Assembly (NCBI GenBank): GCA_032718475.1
Contig: JAUCBJ010005935.1
Coordinates: 62,661-126,660 of the forward strand
Origin: Nemertoderma westbladi
Taxonomy: Eukaryota > Animalia > Xenacoelomorpha
Direction: 5' to 3'
Length of the DNA stretch: 64,000 bases
The position numbers and the translations under genes are program-made. The notes below the pieces were generated by a model. It saw nothing but the letters and a program-made list of their open reading frames with translations, was not told where the DNA came from and made no database searches. Position 1 is the first letter of the stretch. Each line of letters starts with the position of its first letter. Shown here piece by piece: positions 53,701-61,094 of the stretch.

Positions 53701-55633
53701 TGAGTTTGAATGTTGTCAAGAAGTATTTGATGTAGCAAAGAAAATGTTTGCGAGGGAATGTCAAAATGCTATGCGAAACCCACAAATACTTTGCAAGGAA
53801 ATGAGATTGCGAGTGTTACCCCAAAGTTACTGGAACACAAGAGATCAATATCAAATTCTTGAATCTATTCATTTGAGTGATCTTAGAACCTACCTAAATA
53901 GATTGCTGCATAATTTGCACATTAATGGACTAATACAAGGGAATTTAACGAAGGAAGATGCCTTGGAATATGTTGATGTTGTGATCAGTCAACTACAACT
54001 CGGGGTTCTTGATAAATGGGCGATTCCTCATCTTAGAGTTTATGAGATTCCCTGGGGACAACACGTTCTTCGAGTTCGCAACCCCATGGCGGGGGATGTC
54101 AATTCCGTTACCTCTAACTACTACCAGTTCGGATCTTCCACCATCGACACGTTGCTAATGATGGAAATTTTGACAGACTTTCTAGTCGAACCGGTGTCTG
54201 AGATTCTGCGCACAAAGGAACAACTCGGTTACGACATCCGTTGTGAGATGCGGCCGATATTCGGCACAATCGGATTTCACATCCAAGTCATCTACCAAAT
54301 AGATAGGCACAGTCCTAATCATGTTGATAACAAGATCGAGGAATGCCTAACTACTATGAAAAGAAAGATTCGACTAATGAGCAAACATATGTTTGGTGAG
54401 CTGGTTGAAGGGTTAATTAGCAGTAAAGTGGCAGAGGAAAATAGCCTAGGAGAGGAAGTATCACGAAATTGGCGAGAAATTCTAAATCGCACGTATCTGT
54501 TCAACAGACGCGTGCATGAAATTTCACATTTGACGAAATTGTCAGTTGAAGAATTCAAGAGTTGGTTTTTCAAAGCGTTACCAGAATCTGCTGCGGGTAA
54601 GAAGTTATCCTTCCAGGTTGTAGGTAACATGAGAAACGATCCCAACTTCATGGATAATCTTGAGGAAAGTCTACCGGAGAAGGGGATCACATTGGAAACA
54701 GGACGCCATGGTGATAACGATACAAAAGACGTAGCAACCGGTCGCAAATTCATTAAAAATATTATGGAGTTTCAAAACAAACTTCGTCTTTACCCAGTGT
54801 CTATATAAATAGCAACAAATAAATGGTCATTCATAATATACAAAAGTACACGCAATTAAACGTGCGTGCATAATAATATCGAACATATTTAGTACTATTA
54901 TGTATAGAACCATTGTACTCTACAGGCGGGGCGTTCATAAAGTATGTCCCGCAAAAGGGGGGGGGGGGGTCTAGCTTGCGTGACATTTTGTGACAAGGGG
55001 GGGGGGGTTGACTTTTGTGACAGTCACGGCGATGTTCTACGGTATGCTTTAATGGTAGCTTGACTTTGACTAACACATTTGTAGATGAGTAGTTATGGAC
55101 TACAACACTGAAGGAAATAGTTGGTATATATTCGATTCGTAATCATAATATCGTTGTTATGCCGGAATTCTTATGTTAGTCACTAAAAACCTAGGTGTAG
55201 GGTTCATAGGAACAAAGTTCGAATCCTATTGGAACAAAGTTCGAATCCTATTGGAACAAAGTTCACAACTATTGGTACAAAGTTAGCAACCCATTTGAAA
55301 AAAGTTCACAAAAGAAGGTTTTGGAACAAAGTACCGTACACGAGATTAAATGACCTTGTGTAGATGGCCAAAGGGAAAGTGCTGTTTGTAGCTTGTAGGT
55401 AGTGTTGTCAAATTTGTCGTAGATAGGGTATACAGTATATAAAGAGGAATTATTTATATTGCTTGTTTACACATTACGCTATTTGATTTCTGTTTCCAGT
55501 TCCAATGAATAAACTCAATTGTTAAATACCAATAATTACTATTCTACTGGTACTTACCCTGACACAACGAGGCTGTCCATAGCAAGAACAGCCCCAGTTG
55601 CAGCCACAAAGTAAAATAAAACGGGCCACCCAT
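1..55633 (-). CDS. Giant multi-exon cadherin-related protein (PCDH15/Cad99C/CDHR5-like N-terminus, ~40 cadherin-mucin repeats), 3' end outside window
   Basis: 17 exons joined with consistent phases: 55633-55558, 42089-41899, 40201-40082, 28442-28119, 27886-27748, 26867-26688, 26544-26387, 25888-25670, 24947-24810, 23038-22877, 22450-22245, 21892-21701, 21382-21313, 21148-21045, 20109-19967, 19714-19617, 18093-1. The first 16 exons total 2520 nt (840 aa) and the last adds 6031 codons. Cadherin motifs include DVNDNEP, PEN, ATDND, DYE, DRE and DINETPP. Confidence 0.9.
8220..10070 (-). other. Non-repetitive coding insert: two tandem EC-EC-MAD/SEA-like modules
   Basis: Translation shows VDEN..LNYD..NINDEFPRF..AQDAD..TG, then LAAIHFNNPLNEVEKSIEQVKQILSNTL. 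A second module follows: ITEN..DFE..DTNDNPPQF..SDKD..FTIDRTTG..ATD, then YQLILLTKEEDPSVIASKERDFLAELNA. Confidence 0.7.
10090..18030 (-). repeat. Coding tandem array B, 399-bp unit, 19 copies plus one diverged lead copy
   Basis: Landmarks 10331 to 17513 span exactly 18 x 399 bp. The lead copy (ICCHIPTLNAEVTVPDS...RELDCHD...INVEC) is diverged but keeps the domain cysteines. Confidence 0.97.
19617..19714 (-). CDS. Cadherin exon 16 (EC7)
   Basis: FPTATTGIQINKDNGQITLNEALVSDVAITVK; AAG|GTTGGT donor, phase 0 into the giant exon. Confidence 0.85.
19967..20109 (-). CDS. Cadherin exon 15 (EC7)
   Basis: CAVTYEAIYDETLILPANID...IKATGTGVTYSIAS; G|GTGAGA donor; phases match both neighbours. Confidence 0.8.
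21045..21148 (-). CDS. Cadherin exon 14 (EC6/EC7)
   Basis: DSFGNSATTSVTINIREPGETLSLQFGTCPTGLL; AG|GTAAGT donor. Confidence 0.85.
21313..21382 (-). CDS. Cadherin exon 13 (EC6)
   Basis: TGIIRSSEMFTSPGQRVLQVIAQ; completes F-x-ID-x-x-TG-x-I across the splice. Confidence 0.85.
21701..21892 (-). CDS. Cadherin exon 12 (EC5/EC6)
   Basis: QSFAVVTVNAYTPTF...VTYSL...FVIDQ; GTAAGT donor. Confidence 0.85.
22245..22450 (-). CDS. Cadherin exon 11 (EC5)
   Basis: VSASDED...IAYSL...LFEVDGSGQV...YVLLVRAEE; AG|GTGAGT donor. Confidence 0.9.
22520..22680 (+). mobile_element. SINE-like fragment
   Basis: GGTCGATAAAATGAGTACCAG resembles a conserved SINE core motif as I recall it; followed by a GC-rich segment and a TTTGC-type tail. 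Not verified by search. Confidence 0.35.
22877..23038 (-). CDS. Cadherin exon 10 (EC4/EC5)
   Basis: VTVTDDQGRSESTQVAVTVTDINETPPKF...GVVK; AAG|GTGAGT donor. Confidence 0.9.
23624..24130 (+). mobile_element. Non-autonomous DINE-1/Helentron-associated-like element with (GTC)n tract
   Basis: Begins GTGGGGCGAGCCACG and has a ~65-bp internal inverted repeat (about 23635-23699 vs 24041-24105), a (GTC)n microsatellite and two CCGCTAGAGGGC motifs. A near-identical inverted copy lies at 41315-41795. Confidence 0.7.
24810..24947 (-). CDS. Cadherin exon 9 (EC4)
   Basis: GEVPNRTYSVSPSTAPFTATEVNGAVLLSLSGSLDKETSPDPFNIQ; CAG|GTAAAT donor. Confidence 0.85.
25670..25888 (-). CDS. Cadherin exon 8 (EC3/EC4)
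   Basis: ALEVNP...ININGVNEFPTVF...IPENSPLGT...LTDADKLMP; GTAAGA donor. Confidence 0.9.
25985..26235 (+). mobile_element. 3' fragment of RTE-like non-LTR retrotransposon
   Basis: Translates RIRLHFAGHCFRRDE*PVHNLALWRP...GGQPMTFLRRILKDTGL, the typical RTE ORF C-terminus pattern, with an internal stop. Confidence 0.65.
26387..26544 (-). CDS. Cadherin exon 7 (EC3)
   Basis: VTDDNRL...YFSV...ESIDREVFQNMVFYVK; AAG|GTTGGT donor. Confidence 0.9.
26688..26867 (-). CDS. Cadherin exon 6 (EC3)
   Basis: ANELYFKYQATITEG...IYAVDPDID...IRYSLIP; G|GTAAGT donor. Confidence 0.9.
26955..27088. repeat. Near-perfect hairpin, 60-bp arms, 14-nt loop
   Basis: 26955-27014 is the reverse complement of 27029-27088 with about 4 mismatches. 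Confidence 0.9.
27748..27886 (-). CDS. Cadherin exon 5: EC2 end and EC3 start with Cys loop
   Basis: DNPKISANSLTSTATLTVNIVDENDQRPQFVPCATTGSLTSLASCS; phase 0/1. Confidence 0.85.
28119..28442 (-). CDS. Cadherin exon 4: EC1 end and EC2
   Basis: LEYIIRFHLLDVNDNEPVF...LPEN...ATDND...FSID..TG...DYE...IEAK; TTTCACAG acceptor, AAG|GTAAGC donor. Confidence 0.95.
28497..40126. repeat. 53-bp satellite, roughly 185 units, filling intron 3 (interrupted at 28889-30610)
   Basis: Minus-strand unit GCAACAATGCAGCTTTATATCACCAATCTCCAATCGAACCAGCAG-GTACGGTA. Higher-order periods of 318 and 530 bp are visible from identical spurious ORFs at 33150, 33468 and 33998. Confidence 0.97.
28889..30610 (-). mobile_element. 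5'-truncated Ty3/Gypsy-like LTR retrotransposon: integrase C-terminus, PPT and 3' LTR
   Basis: ORF 30597-30091 has LMYGR, QKQYHD and FRGPYAIV (GPY/F domain). Polypurine tract AAGAAGGGGGG lies just before an LTR at 29297-28889 bounded by TGTG...CACA. Confidence 0.85.
40082..40201 (-). CDS. Cadherin exon 3: second half of EC1
   Basis: TTGCAG acceptor; HIRIKAGEQRIEMFKAPDREAVPPTATMKLICTNLQSNQQ (DRE motif, F-strand Cys); CAG|GTACGG donor; 120 nt, phase 0/0. Confidence 0.85.
40790..41795 (-). mobile_element. Second, longer DINE/HINE-like element with internal duplication and (GAC)n tract
   Basis: Reverse complement of the 23624 element; ~340-bp internal duplication; five GCCCTCTAGC(G/A)G motifs; (GAC)n at about 41616-41718. 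Confidence 0.75.
41899..42089 (-). CDS. Cadherin exon 2: first half of EC1
   Basis: TTCCAG acceptor; QLPCFAEQGSPFSGGAELEVNVNENGNVPRDIGDNFELSGILDTDFTLKLVHDDTASDADATE; GAG|GTAGAG donor. Confidence 0.8.
42575..42885 (-). mobile_element. Related DINE-1-like element with ACAG/ACGG microsatellite
   Basis: Shares the GCTAAGGCT...CGTGGCTCGCCCCAC end with the elements above; (ACAG/ACGG)n at 42771-42810; GCGTGGGGCGTCGCCCCACGC hairpin at the other end. Confidence 0.6.
43092..44946. repeat. 21-bp minisatellite (CCAATGGTTGCGAACTTTGTT) with ~790-bp higher-order period
   Basis: The variant unit containing GAGAGTAGT recurs at 43160, 43381, 43624, 43950, 44171, 44413 and 44739 (spacings 221, 243, 326, 221, 242, 326). 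Confidence 0.97.
45040..48188. repeat. 48-bp minisatellite, about 65 copies
   Basis: Unit GTGGTGTATGTAAGTTATTTAGTGTGCCTGAGATGTAAGTACGTTAAG. Confidence 0.97.
48475..50288. mobile_element. Long-TIR MITE (older) whose right end is split by another insertion
   Basis: About 48475-48760 is an imperfect inverted copy of about 48975-49280 (e.g. GCTATTTCGATACAACAAGCCGATAAAA). The terminal CATCTCCCTTAA pairs with TTAAGGGAGATG at 50277-50288. Confidence 0.7.
49282..50276. mobile_element. MITE nested in the right TIR of the previous element
   Basis: Termini TAGTCGAGTCAATCTAGC / GCTAGATTGACTCGCCTA; ~125-bp imperfect TIRs; flanks TTTA / TTAA. Confidence 0.75.
50346..51484. mobile_element. Mutator/foldback-like non-autonomous element with 9-bp TSD
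   Basis: Perfect 31-bp TIR GGTACTACTATGTTATGGGTACCCACTTTTT. TSD GATGGAACG at 50337-50345 and 51485-51493. Internally repeated TAGCTA(G) blocks in inverted arrangement. Confidence 0.9.
51593..54808 (+). CDS. NRDC: Nardilysin-like M16A (insulinase family) metallopeptidase, uninterrupted 1071-aa ORF
   Basis: EKKAAVALCVGAGSFDDPDGLPGLAHFLEHM (HxxEH), ENAYTDHERTVF, DSEF, HPMSRFFWGN, GHEGEGS, LRTKEQLGY. An insertion precedes the active site, as in nardilysin. AATAAA at 54818-54823. Confidence 0.92.
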   Translation: MSSKNLLADIPLNYSEPVIKGPADNKHYKPFTLEGSGIKVLLIQDVVKFGKPIERPSLESLFKKNNEKQGLSSVEDDVETVNDVSGSSSSSSSGTSCLLSDKYIRNSSILTSEEKKAAVALCVGAGSFDDPDGLPGLAHFLEHMLFMGSKKYPKENSWETFIDEHGESENAYTDHERTVFHFSIQQEFLKEALERFASYFISPLFDKDSMKKELKALDSEFQMKSTTDCHRQEQVLQTTVKPSHPMSRFFWGNIETLSTIPEREGINVRDRIVKFYEDIYKKRLITICVQSLHPLETVEKWVTKSFSKFHANLETKDENIERVFLKKYPFIRESFNKILHIRPIFDHNKICVTWSIDSTFQFYKEKPLVFLSSLLGHEGEGSIINYLRKRLWAVEIVAGQTDSGFEDNSFQSLFHVDIFLTHDGLKNVMTVINIVHQYINMLNRCQPYDWLWSDIANISQLEFVFRSETDPEINVDNIACAMQKYNPEDYLIGDYLVLTSGSEVVDTVLHLLTPRAANYRLVSKHYFTNKFNLVEPWFGTQYGVEDIPEDQNNTWETDQQLEYLHLPPQNKYIPHDFAIKWDDNTCNSYDADELIKYRKKPTLICDNLGCQVWFQPDLKFRVPKAYVKFHLMTNFNYRAPFEFVTGQLLAMIIMQRLAPVLYNARSADMNYRVYTGHLGLVLSLHGYNDKLLLLMKTVIRFIAEFECCQEVFDVAKKMFARECQNAMRNPQILCKEMRLRVLPQSYWNTRDQYQILESIHLSDLRTYLNRLLHNLHINGLIQGNLTKEDALEYVDVVISQLQLGVLDKWAIPHLRVYEIPWGQHVLRVRNPMAGDVNSVTSNYYQFGSSTIDTLLMMEILTDFLVEPVSEILRTKEQLGYDIRCEMRPIFGTIGFHIQVIYQIDRHSPNHVDNKIEECLTTMKRKIRLMSKHMFGELVEGLISSKVAEENSLGEEVSRNWREILNRTYLFNRRVHEISHLTKLSVEEFKSWFFKALPESAAGKKLSFQVVGNMRNDPNFMDNLEESLPEKGITLETGRHGDNDTKDVATGRKFIKNIMEFQNKLRLYPVSI
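54926..55030. mobile_element. MITE end fragment (Harbinger-like)
   Basis: GGGGCGTTCATAAAGTATGT terminus-like motif with G runs and GTGACA repeats; partner end not found. Confidence 0.3.
55205..55332. repeat. Short degenerate array of the 21-bp repeat, inverted relative to 43092-44946
   Basis: TTGGAACAAAGTTCGAATCCTA-like units, about 5-6, match the reverse complement AACAAAGTTCGCAACCATTGG. Confidence 0.75.
55558..55633 (-). CDS. Cadherin exon 1: start codon and signal peptide
   Basis: MGGPFYFTLWLQLGLFLLWTASLCQ then G|GTAAGT. The phase-1 end joins CT of the next exon to give ...LCQA-QLPC, a plausible signal cleavage site. Confidence 0.8.
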
Positions 55634-56879
55634 CGTTTGTGGCACTATGTGTGGCCTTCCACACCTAACACCCCGTCATTCCAATGAAACTGAATGTATA
55701 CAAATTTTAACTTTTTATAAATTTATTATAATTCATAAATTAACAAGTGTTTAATATACTTATTTGAATTTCAAATGAGGGTCTCTTTACTGGCAGTGGG
55801 AGAGACAAAATTAGCCTTAATTAACTTTAGTATATATACCGGTACCGTAACTGATAGTTGTTGTTGGGTGGGGCCACTTTAGTTGCCAGGTAACTTAACT
55901 ACTAATATCATTTATTAACATGGGGTTCCCTCAATCACTCTGCTGGAAAATGTAAAATATTAGCCAAATTCCGCCCTCCCTAAATATGTATATAAGCCAA
56001 CTCTACCACTAATTAAATAAATACTGTAAATCATTCATACGTATTGGCAAACCTCGGCTGGTCTTAGGTAGATGATGGGTGATAATGGATGATAAAAATG
56101 CTTAATATATATTTAAAAACTTAGGTAACTAATTAATAAGCACCAAAATAAATATAAATGATTTAAATAATAATACTAATTATAAAAGCTGTAATACAGA
56201 CACATTAAACAAAAAATTCGATTTACGTTAGGTACGAATCATTTTATTAAAAGTTGAAAAAATTGTAGATATAGCTGACAACAAACATCGCGAATCATTG
56301 AAACATATTTTATTCTATTGGATCTAATACTAATGATCAGATTTCACTGTGCGAAATTCCGGCATACCCAGAAACAATGTCGGCCAAGTAGAAGGCCTAC
56401 TTTATCCAAATAATCTTACTGAACCATTATAAAGCTAATAATTACAGAAATAATACATATCAATAATAATAATAATAATAATAAACACAATAGTGAAACA
56501 CTATAAATAATACTGTACAGTAACTACTCATCAAAAGTCTTAAGTGTGTTCATGATACAGTAGAACCGTAAAGATGTCAGAGGACATCATGGTCCGCGGT
56601 GCTTTCATACAGTAGTATCTGGTGGCGTGATCCATTTGAGGACAGATCTAATACTTTACATACTATGAAATTGTTGCGTGTGTCTCAATGAGCTGTAGGT
56701 TTGATTATATTGCTATACAGCATTGTAGACAAAGTACTGAGAGCAGTCCTGTTATGGGAGAACTTCTAAGTTTGTAGCATCTTCTATCACACCTACTGTA
56801 AATATCCTAGATATAGAAGACCAATCTCTTTAAAGGGAGATGGTACCCCAGGCTATCCCCGTACATTTTACTATTAAAA

Positions 56880-59800
56880 CCCACGAAGGCCCACAGGGGT
56901 CAAATCTGACCCCAAGCGTCACTTTGCCTCTACTAAACACTGTTAAACTATTTGAAATATGCTAAAACTTTACTAATTCGTTACCTTATGTATTATAAAC
57001 CTCCCTAGCATAAAAATGTTAAAAATATTTAATTGGAATTTTTTTTAATTGAATTTAAAGTTTTGAACCACGCGCATGACCGAGTGGGGTCAGAATTGAC
57101 CCCACTAATAATTTATATGTAAAACTAAACTTATGATTAAATATCTAATTAATTTAGCTAAGCTAAAAGACAAATGATGTTACATATAATGTTACCAGAT
57201 GCTATGAAGACCATATCCTGTCTGTCTGAGTTTCTGTCTGTCTGAGTTTCTGTCTGTCTGAGTTTCTGTCTGTCTGAGTTTCTGTCTGTCTGTTCATAAA
57301 AATTGTACACATTTACCATTACATATTTAACAGTTACTTTTCAAAATTTCAGCCAGTGAGGTGATTGAATAATGACAAATCAACGGCCGGTTTACTCATG
57401 TAGGCATATCTGTCACTAGCAGGGGACCATGCAGCTATGCATAGCTACACAGGTACAGTATCTATGTAGCTACCTGCAGTAGAAATAGTATTACCCCGGC
57501 CCCATACAGCCATACCTATTGAAATAGGCTAACTGTACTTCAGTATCAAAATGAATGTAGGCTAGGCCTAGGTTTGTAGGGCAGTAGGTTGTAATAATTT
57601 TGCACCCATTGCTGGTTTGGTTATTTTATTTAGATTATGTATGTAGGCCTATTGATCAGCTGAACAATGGATAAAGATCTGCAGCGGAGGAGAATTCAGA
57701 GGATCGATCGATTTTATGAACCTCCTGAGGTACTCTCACATAATGACGATAATGATGGTCAAGCTAGCGACACTGGGAACGAGAATGAGGTCGATTTGAT
57801 TGAGACAATAGATTCCGAGCTCAAACTGTCAAACGAAGACTATTCCTATGAAGAGGAAAATAGCCCAAGCATTACCCGTGGTTTACCCGTGGTTTACCCG
57901 TGGTATCTACTGCTTCGGGTTCGGGTTCGGCAGACAGGACTAATGCTTCTGGTGGGCCTACTGCAAAGGTCAGAAGGTGTCGCGGTGTTCCAAGAAATGC
58001 TCCCACCATCCCCCTTCTTCAGGTCATAAACCTTTTTTATCTCGAAAAGGTAACATTCAGTGGGACAGTGATCCAGTTACACCAGTGCGAGAAAAAAATC
58101 GATTAACATTGTACGAGAGACTCCAGGATTACCTCAACATGTAAAAACAAAAAATTTCATGTCTGCTGCAGATGTATTACTACATTTTTTAAACGATTCT
58201 CAAATTAATATTATTCTTTCAAACTCCAACGTAGAACGTCTGCGAGTTTTAAAAGAAGATACAAATCCATTCCAATGAAAAGAACTCCTTGGATTTATTG
58301 GAATCCTCTTTTTCGCTGGGATTCAACACGATTCAAGATTACCTATTCATAAATTGTTTAATTTAACATATGGGCGACCCATATACAATGCCACGTTATC
58401 ACGAAACAGATTTACAGAATTTTTACGTTTCTTGCGTTTTGACGACAAGAGAACAAGATCTACTCGAAGAGAAAACGATCAACTTGCACCCATTAGAGAA
58501 TTTTGGACGGAACTAATTCGAACTATTAAATCATCATATATACCGGCACCGGGGCTGTTTACAACGGTGGATGAAATGTTGACCCCATTTCGTGGAAGTT
58601 ACCCTTTTACATTTTAGGCAGTATATTAAGTCTAAACCAGCTAAGTATGGAATCAAAATATGGTGGATTTCCGACGCTACTACATTTTACCCGTTTAATG
58701 GGCAAGTGTATACTGGTAAGGAAGATAAATCACCTGAAACTAATCAATGTAGGCGAGTTGTTTTAGATCTTATTGAAACAATAAGGGGATCGGGAAGAAA
58801 TATGTGCAGATAAATTTTTTACCAGCCTGGACCTTCTGTCTGAACTTTATAAATTAAAATTAACTTATCTCGGAACAATGAGGATAAATAAACCGGAAAT
58901 CCCATATGAAATGTTGCCTTGTCCTCGGAGACCTCTGAATTCTTCCGTTTTTCGATTTCTTCCAACTTGTACGATTGTGAAATACGTTCGGAAAAAATCG
59001 AAATCAGTTACACTTATTAGCTCCCTTCACTCAGATGCAGGTCTAGAACAAGAAGAGAAAGCTCGTCCTGATATTATAATCATCATAAAGTTGGTGTTGA
59101 TTGCATGGATAAAATGGCTGGAATCATGACAACACGGAGAGCCACACGAAGGTGGCAAATACTATTTTATACATCATTAGATATTTATGGAATTTGTTCC
59201 TTTGTGGTATACAATCTAAAGTTTCCAACTGCGCAAAAGACATGAAGGAACTTTCTGTTCGAAGCTTCTGAAGAACTTATGAAGCAATCAATACTTAGTC
59301 GTAGTATCTCAAGGAATATCCCCGAACCTGCTAGAAACATTGTTGAGTCTTACTCACCTGTTGAGTCTCGATCTTCTAGTCCCTACAGAGAGTCTAATAA
59401 TAGTCCAAAGTGACGTCGTTGTTCACAGTGTCCACGTGAAATGGACAGAAAAACCCCCTTGTCTTGTTCAAAGTGTAATATTCATGTTTGTTTGCTTCAC
59501 TCTAGTAAAATAGTAGTTTGTAGCTCATGCCACTCTTTGGGATGAGTGGATCGAGTGAATCTGTCATATATTATACTATATTGTGCTATATTATACCTTA
59601 CTTATAGGGAATCTCTACTACTATAGGGGTCCTCTACTACTACCTATAACATTCTACTAACATAATACTTTGTTACCAGTTTATTTCCAATAATTATTAA
59701 TTGTTTCGAATAATGAATAATACTTTGTTTCGCTCAACTATTAAAATGTTCTACTGTTATCCCCCCCCCCCCCCCCCCCCCCCAGCCCAGTGCAAAAATA

Positions 59801-60124
59801 ATCTCCAATTTGTTATTCAGGTATAATTTCGCGGAACCAACTTATATATATATATATATGTATAGCGAGCAAAAATGATTAAAAATTTGAGTATTACAAT
59901 GACATTAAATATATTACAAAGTTTGCATTTCTTGTTTAAAGTAGCCTACCTCCCATCCATCAAAAATGTCATAAAATACTTTCTGAATGATAAAATTATC
60001 ATTTCCGATCAGTTGTATAAAGTAAAATAGCAAAGTTTTACATTCTTAGTTAGAAAAGTACTCGGGGTCAGATTTGACCCCACCTGGTACATAGCGTGGT
60101 AAAAAAAACCTGGTCAGGCGTGGG
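56880..60124 (+). mobile_element. Decayed piggyBac DNA transposon
   Basis: Ends CCCACG...CGTGGG with TTAA on the right and TTAAAA on the left. Subterminal palindromes GGGGTCA-N4-TGACCCC at 56896, 57086 and 60064. Confidence 0.9.
57667..59545 (+). pseudogene. piggyBac transposase pseudogene
   Basis: LSRNRF..FLRFDD, TVDEM..FRG, QYIKSKPAKYGIK, D-x-FFT, GVDCMDK and a C-terminal CxxC..CxxC..CxxH..CxxC domain, broken by several frameshifts and stops. Confidence 0.92.
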
Positions 60125-60722
60125 TTAACACATATGTACCCATTACGCTGGTTCTACAAGATGGAATTTCATGAAAATTTCCAGAACGGCGGAGTAACTA
60201 TCGAGACACACCTGGAACCTAAAAAATTTTTTGAGGGTGTAAGAAATTGAAATTGAATAAGAAATTGGGGGTGTAAGACTCCTGTTCTTCCATTAATTTA
60301 ATTCGAAATATAAGTGGCAGAGTTTTACCATTACACGTCGAGTTCACAGAGCTATGTCGGTCAAGTACACGTTCGTGGGGCCTTCGCGCAGCACGAGGCC
60401 CAGTTATGAGATACAAGTTAAAATTGTGCGACTGTATCACAAAATCAGGTTATGAGAGATTAACCCACACCACCAATTAATCAAAGAAAGGGGGAGGACA
60501 GTACGTGTTCACCCCTTTTAATCTGCACCCCCCCCCCCCCTCCCCCCACCCACCAATACATAACCGCGACATCTACCACCCACGGAAGGGTAGCACGAAC
60601 TTATTTCCAAACGCACGTTCAATATGCAAAGCCAGGTGGTTTATAGGAATATAATCAATGCAGTACTCGTCTTCATTATAAGCCTCTTTGCGTTCGACCT
60701 GTTTTGTATTAAAATATATTTA

Positions 60723-61094
60723 TTAAACGCAGGCTGATTTATAATAATAATACCTAGGGATGCCAGCTTCCAGACTTTCAATCTTTACTGCCGCGCAAAC
60801 CCCGCAGAGGAAGTTTTGGTTTGAGAGATCAAGCACATCGGCAATTGGTGTTTCAATTTCGGTCCAGGAACTCTGACAATGGGAGCATTCAATCTTAGCT
60901 GTGGTCCATTCCCGTGGTTTCGGCTTCCTTTTCTTCGTCCCAATGACAGATTCTTCTGAAGACGTTCGATTCGCTTTCAGTTTATTGTTGGCGTTTGTGT
61001 TTTGAAGTTGTATTCGAGTGGACAGTCGCGCCGGTTTCGAGGTAACCATACCGACCTGTGATAAGCGTTGGTTTTGTTGAGTGCCGGTATTCAT
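60723..61094 (-). mobile_element. Possible LINE ORF1 / PHD-like zinc-finger fragment
   Basis: KIECSHC..W...FLCGVC pattern followed by a coiled-coil-like KIESLE; no adjoining reverse transcriptase seen. Confidence 0.3.
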
